Part shown: positions 28,573-38,539 of the stretch, in pieces | How the letters are laid out: every line of letters begins with the position of its first letter | How positions within the stretch are numbered: the first letter of the stretch is position 1 | Virus record (IMG/VR): IMGVR_UViG_3300044611_001070 | Span: 1-64,000 of that record | Source: a virus | Lineage: Duplodnaviria; Caudoviricetes | Length of the DNA: 64,000 nucleotides | Strand: one strand, 5' to 3' | Notes under the pieces: model-generated | Told to the model about the DNA's origin: nothing | Database searches by the model: none | Seen by the model: the letters and a program-made list of their open reading frames with translations, nothing else | Program-made: the position numbers and the translations under genes

Positions 28573-30432
28573 ATGGATATTTCACAAAAAATTTTAAGTG
28601 ATATTACAGTGTATATGAAATATGCTAAATTTATTCCCGAATTAAATAGAAGGGAAACATGGGAAGAATTGGTAACAAGAAATAAGGAGATGCACCAAAA
28701 GAGATACCCCCAAATTAAAGAAGAAATTGAAAACGTATATAAAATGGTATATGGTAAAAAAATTCTTCCATCAATGAGATCATTGCAATTTGGTGGGAAA
28801 CCTATTGAAATTTCACCAAACAGAGTTTACAATTGTGCTTACATGCCGATTGACCATCCAGATGCGTTCTCTGAGACTATGTTCTTACTGTTAGGTGGAA
28901 CAGGTGTTGGATTTTCAGTACAAAAACACCACGTTGATAAATTACCTGAGATTAAAAAACCAAACCCAACAAGAACAAGACGTTACCTTATTGGTGATAG
29001 TATTGAGGGATGGGCAGACGCAATTAAAGTATTAGTTGAATCCTATTTGGGTGTTAAATCATCAACACCTATATTTGATTTCTCCGATATCCGACATAAA
29101 GGAGCATTATTGGTAACTTCAGGAGGTAAAGCCCCTGGACCTCAACCACTTAAAGATTGTGTTCATAATATTACAAAAGTGTTTGAAAACAAAAAAGATG
29201 GTGAAAAATTATCAGCTATTGAAACTCACGATATTGTATGTCATATTGCAGACGCGGTATTAGCAGGTGGAATCAGAAGAGCGGCATTAATTTCATTATT
29301 CTCCGCTGACGATGAGGAAATGATTTCTTGTAAGTCAGGAAATTGGTGGGAACAAAACGCACAAAGAGGTAGAGCTAACAACTCGGCAGTACTTCTTCGT
29401 CACAAAATCACTAAAGAATTTTTCATGGATCTTTGGAAAAGAATTGAGTTATCAGGAGCAGGTGAACCTGGTATCTACTTGTCAAACGACAAAGATTGGG
29501 GAACCAATCCATGTTGTGAGATTGCACTTAGACCTAATCAATTCTGTAACTTATGTGAAGTAAATGCGTCTGACATTGAATCACAAGAAGATTTTGAGGA
29601 AAGAGTTAAAGGGGCAGCGTTCATCGGAACATTACAAGCGGGATACACTGACTTCCATTACTTAAGAGATGTATGGAAAAGAACAACTGAGAAAGACGCA
29701 CTTATTGGTGTTGGAATGACAGGAATTGGTTCAGGTGTTGTTTTAGGTTATGATATGAAATCAGCTGCTGAAATGGTTAAACTTGAAAACGAAAGAGTTG
29801 CAAAACTTATAGGTATTAACAAATCGGCAAGGTCAACAACCGTTAAACCATCAGGAACATCATCATTGGTTTTGGGAACTTCTTCAGGTATCCACGCATG
29901 GCACAATGACTTTTATTTAAGAAGAATTCGTGTTGGTAAAAACGAAGCAATCTATTCTTATTTGGCAATTAACCATCCTGAGTTAGTAGAAGATGAGTTC
30001 TTCCGTCCTCACGATACGGCAGTTATCTCAATTCCACAAAAATCACCATTAGGATCAATCCTTAGACACGAATCCGTATTTCAAATGTTGGAACGTGTTA
30101 AGAAAGTATCACAAGAGTGGGTTAGAAATGGACACAGAACGGGTCAAAACACACATAACGTATCTGCAACGGTTTCGATTAAAGAAGACGAGTGGGACTT
30201 GGTAGGTGATTGGATGTGGAACAATAGAAAATTCTATAATGGTTTATCAGTGTTACCATATAACGGAGGAACTTACACTCAAGCACCATTTGAGGATTGT
30301 ACTGAAGAAGATTTTAACAAATTGTTAAGTGCATTGGAAGATGTGGATCTTACAAAAGTAATTGAATTACAGGACAATACAGACTTAAGAGGTGAAGTTG
30401 CGTGTGGGGCTAATGGATGTGAAATTTCTTAA
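28573..30432 (+). CDS. nrdJ: class II (B12-dependent) ribonucleotide reductase
   Basis: PSMRSL, YNC, GTGVGFSV, GGIRRAALI, TNPCCEI, CNLCE, TVKPSGT, C-terminal ACGANGCEI. No beta-subunit gene adjacent. Confidence 0.92.
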   Translation: MDISQKILSDITVYMKYAKFIPELNRRETWEELVTRNKEMHQKRYPQIKEEIENVYKMVYGKKILPSMRSLQFGGKPIEISPNRVYNCAYMPIDHPDAFSETMFLLLGGTGVGFSVQKHHVDKLPEIKKPNPTRTRRYLIGDSIEGWADAIKVLVESYLGVKSSTPIFDFSDIRHKGALLVTSGGKAPGPQPLKDCVHNITKVFENKKDGEKLSAIETHDIVCHIADAVLAGGIRRAALISLFSADDEEMISCKSGNWWEQNAQRGRANNSAVLLRHKITKEFFMDLWKRIELSGAGEPGIYLSNDKDWGTNPCCEIALRPNQFCNLCEVNASDIESQEDFEERVKGAAFIGTLQAGYTDFHYLRDVWKRTTEKDALIGVGMTGIGSGVVLGYDMKSAAEMVKLENERVAKLIGINKSARSTTVKPSGTSSLVLGTSSGIHAWHNDFYLRRIRVGKNEAIYSYLAINHPELVEDEFFRPHDTAVISIPQKSPLGSILRHESVFQMLERVKKVSQEWVRNGHRTGQNTHNVSATVSIKEDEWDLVGDWMWNNRKFYNGLSVLPYNGGTYTQAPFEDCTEEDFNKLLSALEDVDLTKVIELQDNTDLRGEVACGANGCEIS

Positions 30433-30437
30433 ATAAA

Positions 30438-30668
30438 ATGAACATAGGAGCATCTAAAGATTGGGTACAACAGTTGTATGTTAGAGAATTTGGTCCAAAA
30501 TTACAACCAAACGATTTCTACTATAATAATCAAGGTAGGATTGTTATGACCGAAGACTATCATAAACGTAGGGGTAGTTGTTGCGGAAGCAAATGTTTAC
30601 ATTGTCCATATGAACCCAATTGGGAAAAAGGGAGTAAAACGTTAAAGGAATCACGACTTAGGTCGTGA
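30438..30668 (+). CDS. small Cys-rich protein (DUF5522-like)
   Basis: V.TE.YH..RG.CCG..C.HCPY motif. Confidence 0.75.
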   Translation: MNIGASKDWVQQLYVREFGPKLQPNDFYYNNQGRIVMTEDYHKRRGSCCGSKCLHCPYEPNWEKGSKTLKESRLRS

Positions 30669-30674
30669 TTTTTT
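30649..30674 (+). terminator. rho-independent terminator overlapping the stop codon
   Basis: AATCACGAC-TTAG-GTCGTGATT followed by TTTT. Confidence 0.85.
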
Positions 30675-30722
30675 ATTTTATATGTATTTATTCAAAACAC
30701 ATAGATACTATATTTATAAGAT

Positions 30723-31181
30723 ATGGCAAATGGAATAACATACGGGATAAATTTTCCTTTTAGAGAATCTTACGTTGGTAAATATTTAGATATTTCTGAT
30801 ACAACTGAAGAAGAAGTAAGAAGTAATTTAATTCATTTATTGTTAACTAGAAAAGGGTATAGATATTATCTTCCTGATTTTGGAACAAGATTGTATGAAT
30901 ATATTTTTGAACCTCTTGATGGACCTACATTTAGTGAAATTGAAGGTGAAATTAGGGATTCTGTTGAAAGATATATGCCTGGTGTACAGATAACAAATAT
31001 CTCAATAACCGACGCTTCTTTAGGTGAGGAAAATAAGGGTACTTTTATTAATCCTGATGGAGAAAGAGAATTTAAAGTACAAGGTATAAGCGACAAAGAA
31101 CATACCGCAAAAATTAAAATAGATTATAAAGTCACAAATCAAGCTTTTGAAAGTAGTGATTTTGTTATTATCAATATTTAA
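30723..31181 (+). CDS. baseplate wedge subunit (gp25-like)
   Basis: GINFPF, NL..LLLT.KG.R...PDFGT.L...IFEP. Confidence 0.93.
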   Translation: MANGITYGINFPFRESYVGKYLDISDTTEEEVRSNLIHLLLTRKGYRYYLPDFGTRLYEYIFEPLDGPTFSEIEGEIRDSVERYMPGVQITNISITDASLGEENKGTFINPDGEREFKVQGISDKEHTAKIKIDYKVTNQAFESSDFVIINI

Positions 31182-31187
31182 TAGTAT

Positions 31188-33026
31188 ATGGCTGAGAAAA
31201 AAATATCATACACAACTAGAGATTTCCAAGGAATAAGAACTGAGTTAATTAACTTTACCCGTACTTATTATCCTGATTTAGTACAGAACTTTAACGACGC
31301 TGGTGTTTTCTCAGTAATGTTAGATTTAAATGCTGCCGTTACAGATAACCTACAATTTAATATTGATAGAAGTATTCAAGAAACGGTATTACAATTTGCA
31401 CAACAAAAATCTTCAGTATATAATATCGCTAAGACTTACGGGTTAAAAATTCCGGGTCAAAGACCTTCGGTGGCATTAGTAGATTTCTCAATAACGGTTC
31501 CCGCATTTGGTGATAGAGAAGATTTAAGATATTGTGGTATTCTAAGGAGAGGATCCCAAGTAAGTGGTGCTGGTCAACCATTTGAAACCGTTTACGATAT
31601 TGATTTTGCCTCGGCAATAAATTCTGAAGGAACATTAAATAGATTAAAGATACCTAACTTTGATGCTAATGGTAAAATATTAAATTACAACATTGTAAAA
31701 AGGGAAGTTGTTGTAAACGGGTTTACAAAAGTATTCAAACGAGTTATTACACCAAACGATGTAAAACCATTCTTTGAATTATTCTTACCTGAAAAAAATG
31801 TTTTAGGTATAACAAGTGTCCTTTTAAAAGATGGGACTCAATTTAATACAATTCCAAATCCACAGGACTTTTTAGGGTTAAGCGATAGATGGTATGAAGT
31901 TAAGGCACTTGCTGAAGACAGAGTATTCATTGAAGATCCAACTAAAGTTTCTGATCAACCTGGCACTAAGGTTGGTAAATATATTTTAACTAACACTAAA
32001 TTTACATCTGAGTATACACCTGAAGGTTATTTAAAAATGACATTTGGTGGTGGTAATGTTTCTGCTGAAGAACAACTTAGAGATTTTGCAAGATCAGGTA
32101 AAGGATTTGATTTAAATAAATATTCTAACAATTTAGCTTTAGGTGCGGCTCTTAAGTCAAACTCAACATTGTTTATACAATATAGAGTTGGTGGTGGACA
32201 AGCAACTAATTTAGGTGTTAATGTAATCAATCAAATTGGTACTGTTTCATTCTTTGTTAATGGTCCATCGGAAAGTATTAACAGATCTGTTATTAATACA
32301 TTGAAATGTAATAACGTTACTGCGGCGATTGGAGGGGCAAACGCACCAACACTTGAAGAAGTAAGAAATATGGTATCATATAACTTCTCAGCACAAAACA
32401 GAGCGGTTACAATAAATGATTACGAATCAATTATTAGAACAATGCCATCTCAGTTCGGAGCACCAGCAAAAGTTGCAATTACTGAAGAGAATAATATGAT
32501 AAAGATAAAAATGTTATCTTACGACACAAGTGGTAATTTAACTGATACGGTTTCTAATACATTAAAAACTAATGTTGCAAACTACCTATCAAATTATAGG
32601 ATGATTAATGATTACATTTCAATAGAAAGTGCAAACCCAATTGATTTGGCGGTTAATGTTGATGTTGTGTTAGACGCTAGTCAAAATCAAGGTGCGGTTG
32701 TATCTAAAATCATTGATATTATCACAACATACTTTAGTCCTACAACAAGACAATTAGGTCAAAATGTTGTGGTATCTGAATTAAGAAGATTAATCCAAGC
32801 GGAAAATGGAATAATAAGTATTTCTGATATGGAATTTTTTAATAAAGTTGGGGGGCAATACTCGTCAAATCAAACATCTCAAAAATATTCAGATCCGGCA
32901 ACTAAACAAATTCAATTAATTGCAGATACAATTTTTGCTGAACCTACTCAAATATATCAAATTAGATTTCCTAACAAAGACATCAATGTTAGGGTCATCA
33001 ATTTAAGTACGGTTAATTTTTCCTAA
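31188..33026 (+). CDS. baseplate wedge subunit (gp6/baseplate J-like)
   Basis: RDFQ.IR.EL, D...QE....AQ...S...IA...G, FG.G, Y.VGGG...N, AQNRAVT..DY. Confidence 0.9.
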   Translation: MAEKKISYTTRDFQGIRTELINFTRTYYPDLVQNFNDAGVFSVMLDLNAAVTDNLQFNIDRSIQETVLQFAQQKSSVYNIAKTYGLKIPGQRPSVALVDFSITVPAFGDREDLRYCGILRRGSQVSGAGQPFETVYDIDFASAINSEGTLNRLKIPNFDANGKILNYNIVKREVVVNGFTKVFKRVITPNDVKPFFELFLPEKNVLGITSVLLKDGTQFNTIPNPQDFLGLSDRWYEVKALAEDRVFIEDPTKVSDQPGTKVGKYILTNTKFTSEYTPEGYLKMTFGGGNVSAEEQLRDFARSGKGFDLNKYSNNLALGAALKSNSTLFIQYRVGGGQATNLGVNVINQIGTVSFFVNGPSESINRSVINTLKCNNVTAAIGGANAPTLEEVRNMVSYNFSAQNRAVTINDYESIIRTMPSQFGAPAKVAITEENNMIKIKMLSYDTSGNLTDTVSNTLKTNVANYLSNYRMINDYISIESANPIDLAVNVDVVLDASQNQGAVVSKIIDIITTYFSPTTRQLGQNVVVSELRRLIQAENGIISISDMEFFNKVGGQYSSNQTSQKYSDPATKQIQLIADTIFAEPTQIYQIRFPNKDINVRVINLSTVNFS

Positions 33027-33097
33027 TAATTTATTTTTTTTTAATTAGAACTATTTTTTGAAAATAGGAAATAAACTATTTATCAAAAAAGACTTTA

Positions 33098-36000
33098 ATG
33101 CCAAAATCATATAGAATAAGGACTCAAGTAGGGGTTGACAAATACATCAATGTAAAATTAGACCAAGATTTTGATTTTTTAGAGATCCTATCTTTAAAAA
33201 TAAATCAATCAGATCTTTATACAAAGGTGTGTTCTGACTATGGGGTTGTAGTTGGTAGAGTTCTTGTAAATGGTGGTTTTGGGTTACCAAACGCTAAAGT
33301 TTCTATATTCATACCTCTTGATCCTGAAGATGAATTAAATCCCATAATATCTGAATTATACCCATATAAAACATTATCAGATAATAATGAGTTAGGGTAT
33401 AGATACAATTTATTACCTCATGACCCATCATATAGTGTTCATGCCGCAACAGGGACATTTCCAAATAGGGAAGAAGTTTTAATAGATCAAACATATATTG
33501 AGGTTTATGACAAATATTACAAATATACCGTAAAAACAAATGATAGTGGTGATTATATGATTTTTGGAGTCCCAATTGGGGCTCAAACCGTTTTTATGGA
33601 TGTTGATTTATCGGATATTGGATGTTTTTCATTAACACCACAAGATTTAATTAATGCGGGTCAAGCAACTCAAACACAAGTTAATGGATCAACATTTAAA
33701 TCCTCATCAAATTTAAGTGAATTACCACAGATAAAAACAGTAAATAAAAACGTTGATATATCACCTCTTTGGGGTCAAGAAGACATTTGTCAAATAGGTA
33801 TTACAAGAGTTGATTTTGATTTAACTAATGAAGCAAACGTAACAATTAATCCTACCGCTATTTTTATTGGGTCTCTTATTTCTACAACTAATGAAGATTC
33901 ACTTAAAACAAATTGTAAACCAAAAAATAATACAGGAAATTTATGTGAATTAATTGCAGGACCTGGACAAATATTATCTATAAGACAAACAATATATCCT
34001 GATAAAAATAATTTACCAATTCTTGAACAATATAAATTTGAGCAAGATGGAAAAATTATAGATGGTGACGGATCATTTTTAGCAAATGTACCAATGAATT
34101 TGGATTACATTATTACAAATGAATTTGGAGAACAAGTAATTTCAAATGACCCAACAAAAGGTATCCCAACAAAGGGAAAATATAGATTTAAATTTAAATG
34201 GAATAATGAAGGTGGGATACAAAATGATTTTCAAAGGGCAAATTTTTTAGTTCCAAATATTAAAGAACATGGTTGGAATACGAGTGGTACAGACCCGTTT
34301 GATCCAACCTCCGCAGTTTCGACAATATTTAATACAACTGCTGGTAATATTACAAGTGATCCCTTACCTCCATTTACTGAAGGTGGGTTACTATTTAATG
34401 GGAAGACTAATTCCGATACTTTTACCGTTTATGTTAACGGACTACCATATTATGGAGATACTATGGTTATACCTGTTAATGTTGGTGATCTAATATCAAT
34501 AGATTCAAATCCTGTTGATAATACACAACCACAACAATTTGACTTCACATTCTTTCCACAAGGTTATTTTGATTTATTAAGATCATATAGTTTTAGTTTA
34601 GATTGGGATGATTACGTTGATCCTATATCCGCAATCAATTGTGAGGATACATTCTATGAAATGAACTATAATAAAGTTTATACTACGGCAATGTTCCTTG
34701 ATAGATACAAAAATGGGGTTGGAAGAGCAAAACATTTAGGGATTAAAGAAATTGATAACAGAAGTTGTAAATCAACGGTAAATACATTTCCATCTAACGA
34801 CATTATTAAAAATTTTGACGCCATATTTTTTATTTTTAATGTCTTTATGAGTATTTTGGCATATCCATTAATAGTATTATTATTTGTTGCTCACTTTATA
34901 GCATGGATGTGGCCCGTATTAAAGTACATATTAATCGTTTTGGGAATATATTTCCTTTATGATGCAATATCGGAAATGATTGATTGGATTAACTCAACAT
35001 TAGAGAATTTTGCGTTTTCAGTTCCAGGTGGACCTATAGTTAATATAGGTTTGATTTTAAGAATTGTGGCAAAGTTTGTATCGTTTTTATTTAGAATAGG
35101 TTTATCAATAGCATTTATTGCTTTTACAGTAAAATACCTTCTTAAGATAAAAAATTTCCCAAGAATAGGTTTACCTATGATGTCTTATCCTGAATGTACA
35201 AGTTGTGATTGTGATTGCGGTCCAGCAACTTTAGAGGATGATATTGATCAAAATACAGTTAATGACGCAATTACCTCAGCACAATCAAATACTAACCAAC
35301 AACAACTTGCTCAAAATAAAGGATTTTTAGCTCCGGTTAATATGCCAAGTGCGTATGATGTTCAACATCCTAATGCCCAAAACAATCCTATTGAGGATCA
35401 AGAAGACTCAAATGATGGTCCGTTTTCGGCGGGAGATTGTCTTCCTGGTGCAACCGCCGCATGCATAAATTGTGATTTACCATCGTTAACTACTTCGGCA
35501 ATGAAACAAGATATTACTGCTCAGGTTGCTGCAAGAGGGATTGCCGACTACAATAGACTTTTTTCTGGTTATGATATATTATCATCATCTACAGAACCTA
35601 ATGACGTTAATAAAACAACAATATATAATCCTGAATTTGCGTTGTATCATGCACCACAACCATTTCTATTTGCGGCTTGGGATAATAGTGGTAAAGACCC
35701 AAGAAGTTGGGCGTTTCCTATAACCGCAACTTTTCCTCAAAAATTAAATGAATTTAACACAAGAGATAAATATTTTGATTCTTATGGTGGTGCAAATAGA
35801 ATAAAAAGTTTTGTTAACCCATCTTTAAATGGTAATACTTTTTTTGAAGATCAAATAATAGTTCTTTTAGCTAATCCAGGAACTAAAGATCAAATGCAAG
35901 TTGGTAAACCAATTAGTTTTAATGACCCAACACAATCCAATGGAAATGTTAATATTACGGGAGCTACATTAAATGAATTAGGTAATAACTCAATTACGGG

Positions 36001-38539
36001 TACAACAACAACAGGTCAAACATCAATATCCGTTACTTATGCGAACCCTTTAAATATTAATGATACGTCTGGAAATACAATACCTTTTATAATTACCCAA
36101 ACACCAATTTCAAACATTCCGTCATCAATTAGTGGTGATGAAGTTGTGGATCTTCAATACCCTACCGATGTGGAATATTATCAGATGATAACAGGTATGA
36201 CCGTTTCTGAATTTCAGGCAATCTGTGGTAATAGTAGTAACTCTGGTACATTTCCTACAAGTTCATTTTTAAAACATAGAATCCAATTTATATATTGTTG
36301 TGAGGGTACTTATAATACTTATGATGCGGGACAAGCTTTAGATCAAATGACTAACTATGCTGATTTTGAAATTATAATTTTAAATAGGGGTGTTGATGTT
36401 CATACCGCAACACAAAAAATAAAATACGATTTATCAAGAATATTTGGTAAATCGTATGGTAATGTTATAACACCTGAGGGAGATTATTTTTTAAATGTCC
36501 CCATACAACCAACAGGATTAAAACCTGCTAGTCATAACACCACAACAAACTCAACCACTAATCTTTATTTCCCATCATATAATTTTGATATAGGACCTGC
36601 GGATGGATCTAACCCTAATTATACTGCTTTTACCTCAAACTATCCTTATTATTATTTATCTACGGATGATCTTAGTGTTGCTGATTACCAACCAGTTAGT
36701 GTATGGCAATTTATTGGATCTTCTTCATTAACTAATACTCCAAGAACGATATTACAATCAAGTAACTATACGATACCGGCTTTTTTACCATCGTACATTG
36801 GGGGTGGTACATTTTTAGGGAAAAAAAGTAATGCTGGTTACCTTAGTTGTGGTAGTGAAAGTCAAAATGCAAACACTCCTAATGATGGAAAAGAAGCTAA
36901 GGGTCAATTAGGTGATGTACCATCAAACCAATTATCTGTGTTATATTCACCGGCATATTATAGATATACTACATTATCTGGTGTTAATTTTAATGATAAA
37001 ACTAAAATGGTAATGAGAAGTGACCGATTACCAACATCTACAAAAACTGAAGATGGACTTACCGACTCAAAAACAGGTTATGCGGTACACCAAAATAATA
37101 ATTTTACATTTTATACTTCCGATGGCACTCCAGGCACATCAGGGTCAGGTATGTCACTTGAGATATCGGGAGAACAATATGATAGTCCTACACAAACTTT
37201 TGATTGTGATACTATGGTATCATTACAATGTTATCAGGGATCTGGTAATGATGTGTCTATTATACCTGCAGATCAATGTATTGTTCCAGAAGGTAGAGTT
37301 AAAAATGGGTGTTATTGTCTACTAAATAAAAAATATTTAGTTGAATATGGTGAAGATGTGACATTATTTTTAGAGTGGAAAACAAGATTTACAATTACCT
37401 TTGCCGCTTGTCGTGGTGTATTTGCTCAAACATTTCAAAACAATTGGATAAATGGAGTTTTATATATGTTCTCATTTAATAAAACCACAACATATGCGGC
37501 CTTGTCTACTATACCAACATATAATTTTTGTGATGATGTTATTGTTTTTAATGAATTAACTAATGGTTTCTATTATAGATCTTCACCATGGAAACAAAGT
37601 ACACAAGAATTCATCGGGAAAAACAAACCTTTGGTTAATCCAAACTGGCCATCATCAATAGTTGATGGATATCCTGGATTAGGTTATAATGAAAAACAAA
37701 TTCAATTTCCAACAACAATTGCTGATTTAGGACCTAGAGATGAGTTTATTACTGAGATATGTAATAGTTCAAATTTTAATGGTTATATGGTTGATCAAGT
37801 TAAATCTACTTCTTATCAAGACACATCAGATATAATCCAAATTGGATTTTTATCTAGATTGTTAAATGATACATTTAGACAATCAATCTTACCTATTGCG
37901 GTAGGTGGTGGTAGTACCGAAGGTAAGGGTATTATCCAATTCTTTAATAGCACTAGAGAGGCGGATAGAATAGATGGTGATTTTGCTCAAGCATTATCAA
38001 TAAATTCTGAATGGAAAATTAACCCATTTATTTTTGAAAATTACCCTAATCCAAGCTCAATATATTTTGGTAATGATAACTCAGTGCCACCAAGACCTGT
38101 ATTTGGAATATTCTTTGAAACCCCAACTGATGAATATAAATATAGAAGAAGGTTTACTCCTGGTATTGAAACATATAGTCAATCACCATTAATAGAAGAT
38201 TACTATGGTTTTCCAAAAACACAAGATGTTCCTCATTATAAATGGATGATAAATCCATCACCAAATATATTTGGGTCTGAAAATAATAATTGGAATACGT
38301 ATTCACCTTTCTTTCATAAAGGGTATCAAAATTTAGATTTTAATATTGACCCATATTTTGGATCTTCAACCACTAAATTAGGTATCATAACTAATTTTGA
38401 TAATGGTCAACCATTACCAACACCACAAGTCACAAATAAAGTTTTAGTTGGAGCTCCATTCCATTTTTATTTTGGGTTAAATAATGGTAAAACTGCAATT
38501 GATAAGTTTGTTAAATTATACGTAAATGCCGAAGGATAA
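33098..38539 (+). CDS. giant baseplate-region structural protein with an N-terminal beta-sandwich and an internal hydrophobic segment
   Basis: 1813 aa. VVGRV....G.PNAKVS..TNDSGDY..GVP.G resembles a carboxypeptidase-regulatory/transthyretin-like fold. About 110 aa hydrophobic region, Cys clusters. Confidence 0.55.
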   Translation: MPKSYRIRTQVGVDKYINVKLDQDFDFLEILSLKINQSDLYTKVCSDYGVVVGRVLVNGGFGLPNAKVSIFIPLDPEDELNPIISELYPYKTLSDNNELGYRYNLLPHDPSYSVHAATGTFPNREEVLIDQTYIEVYDKYYKYTVKTNDSGDYMIFGVPIGAQTVFMDVDLSDIGCFSLTPQDLINAGQATQTQVNGSTFKSSSNLSELPQIKTVNKNVDISPLWGQEDICQIGITRVDFDLTNEANVTINPTAIFIGSLISTTNEDSLKTNCKPKNNTGNLCELIAGPGQILSIRQTIYPDKNNLPILEQYKFEQDGKIIDGDGSFLANVPMNLDYIITNEFGEQVISNDPTKGIPTKGKYRFKFKWNNEGGIQNDFQRANFLVPNIKEHGWNTSGTDPFDPTSAVSTIFNTTAGNITSDPLPPFTEGGLLFNGKTNSDTFTVYVNGLPYYGDTMVIPVNVGDLISIDSNPVDNTQPQQFDFTFFPQGYFDLLRSYSFSLDWDDYVDPISAINCEDTFYEMNYNKVYTTAMFLDRYKNGVGRAKHLGIKEIDNRSCKSTVNTFPSNDIIKNFDAIFFIFNVFMSILAYPLIVLLFVAHFIAWMWPVLKYILIVLGIYFLYDAISEMIDWINSTLENFAFSVPGGPIVNIGLILRIVAKFVSFLFRIGLSIAFIAFTVKYLLKIKNFPRIGLPMMSYPECTSCDCDCGPATLEDDIDQNTVNDAITSAQSNTNQQQLAQNKGFLAPVNMPSAYDVQHPNAQNNPIEDQEDSNDGPFSAGDCLPGATAACINCDLPSLTTSAMKQDITAQVAARGIADYNRLFSGYDILSSSTEPNDVNKTTIYNPEFALYHAPQPFLFAAWDNSGKDPRSWAFPITATFPQKLNEFNTRDKYFDSYGGANRIKSFVNPSLNGNTFFEDQIIVLLANPGTKDQMQVGKPISFNDPTQSNGNVNITGATLNELGNNSITGTTTTGQTSISVTYANPLNINDTSGNTIPFIITQTPISNIPSSISGDEVVDLQYPTDVEYYQMITGMTVSEFQAICGNSSNSGTFPTSSFLKHRIQFIYCCEGTYNTYDAGQALDQMTNYADFEIIILNRGVDVHTATQKIKYDLSRIFGKSYGNVITPEGDYFLNVPIQPTGLKPASHNTTTNSTTNLYFPSYNFDIGPADGSNPNYTAFTSNYPYYYLSTDDLSVADYQPVSVWQFIGSSSLTNTPRTILQSSNYTIPAFLPSYIGGGTFLGKKSNAGYLSCGSESQNANTPNDGKEAKGQLGDVPSNQLSVLYSPAYYRYTTLSGVNFNDKTKMVMRSDRLPTSTKTEDGLTDSKTGYAVHQNNNFTFYTSDGTPGTSGSGMSLEISGEQYDSPTQTFDCDTMVSLQCYQGSGNDVSIIPADQCIVPEGRVKNGCYCLLNKKYLVEYGEDVTLFLEWKTRFTITFAACRGVFAQTFQNNWINGVLYMFSFNKTTTYAALSTIPTYNFCDDVIVFNELTNGFYYRSSPWKQSTQEFIGKNKPLVNPNWPSSIVDGYPGLGYNEKQIQFPTTIADLGPRDEFITEICNSSNFNGYMVDQVKSTSYQDTSDIIQIGFLSRLLNDTFRQSILPIAVGGGSTEGKGIIQFFNSTREADRIDGDFAQALSINSEWKINPFIFENYPNPSSIYFGNDNSVPPRPVFGIFFETPTDEYKYRRRFTPGIETYSQSPLIEDYYGFPKTQDVPHYKWMINPSPNIFGSENNNWNTYSPFFHKGYQNLDFNIDPYFGSSTTKLGIITNFDNGQPLPTPQVTNKVLVGAPFHFYFGLNNGKTAIDKFVKLYVNAEG

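Noticed and set aside
27162-30432. Inteins or introns in the helicase and NrdJ
   Set aside because: Lengths are normal, and there are no splice-junction or homing-endonuclease motifs.
2040-33026. Bacterial eCIS/T6SS/tailocin locus
   Set aside because: Interleaved phage replication genes (SSB, UvsX, helicase, primase, NrdJ) and the absence of bacterial housekeeping context indicate a phage genome.
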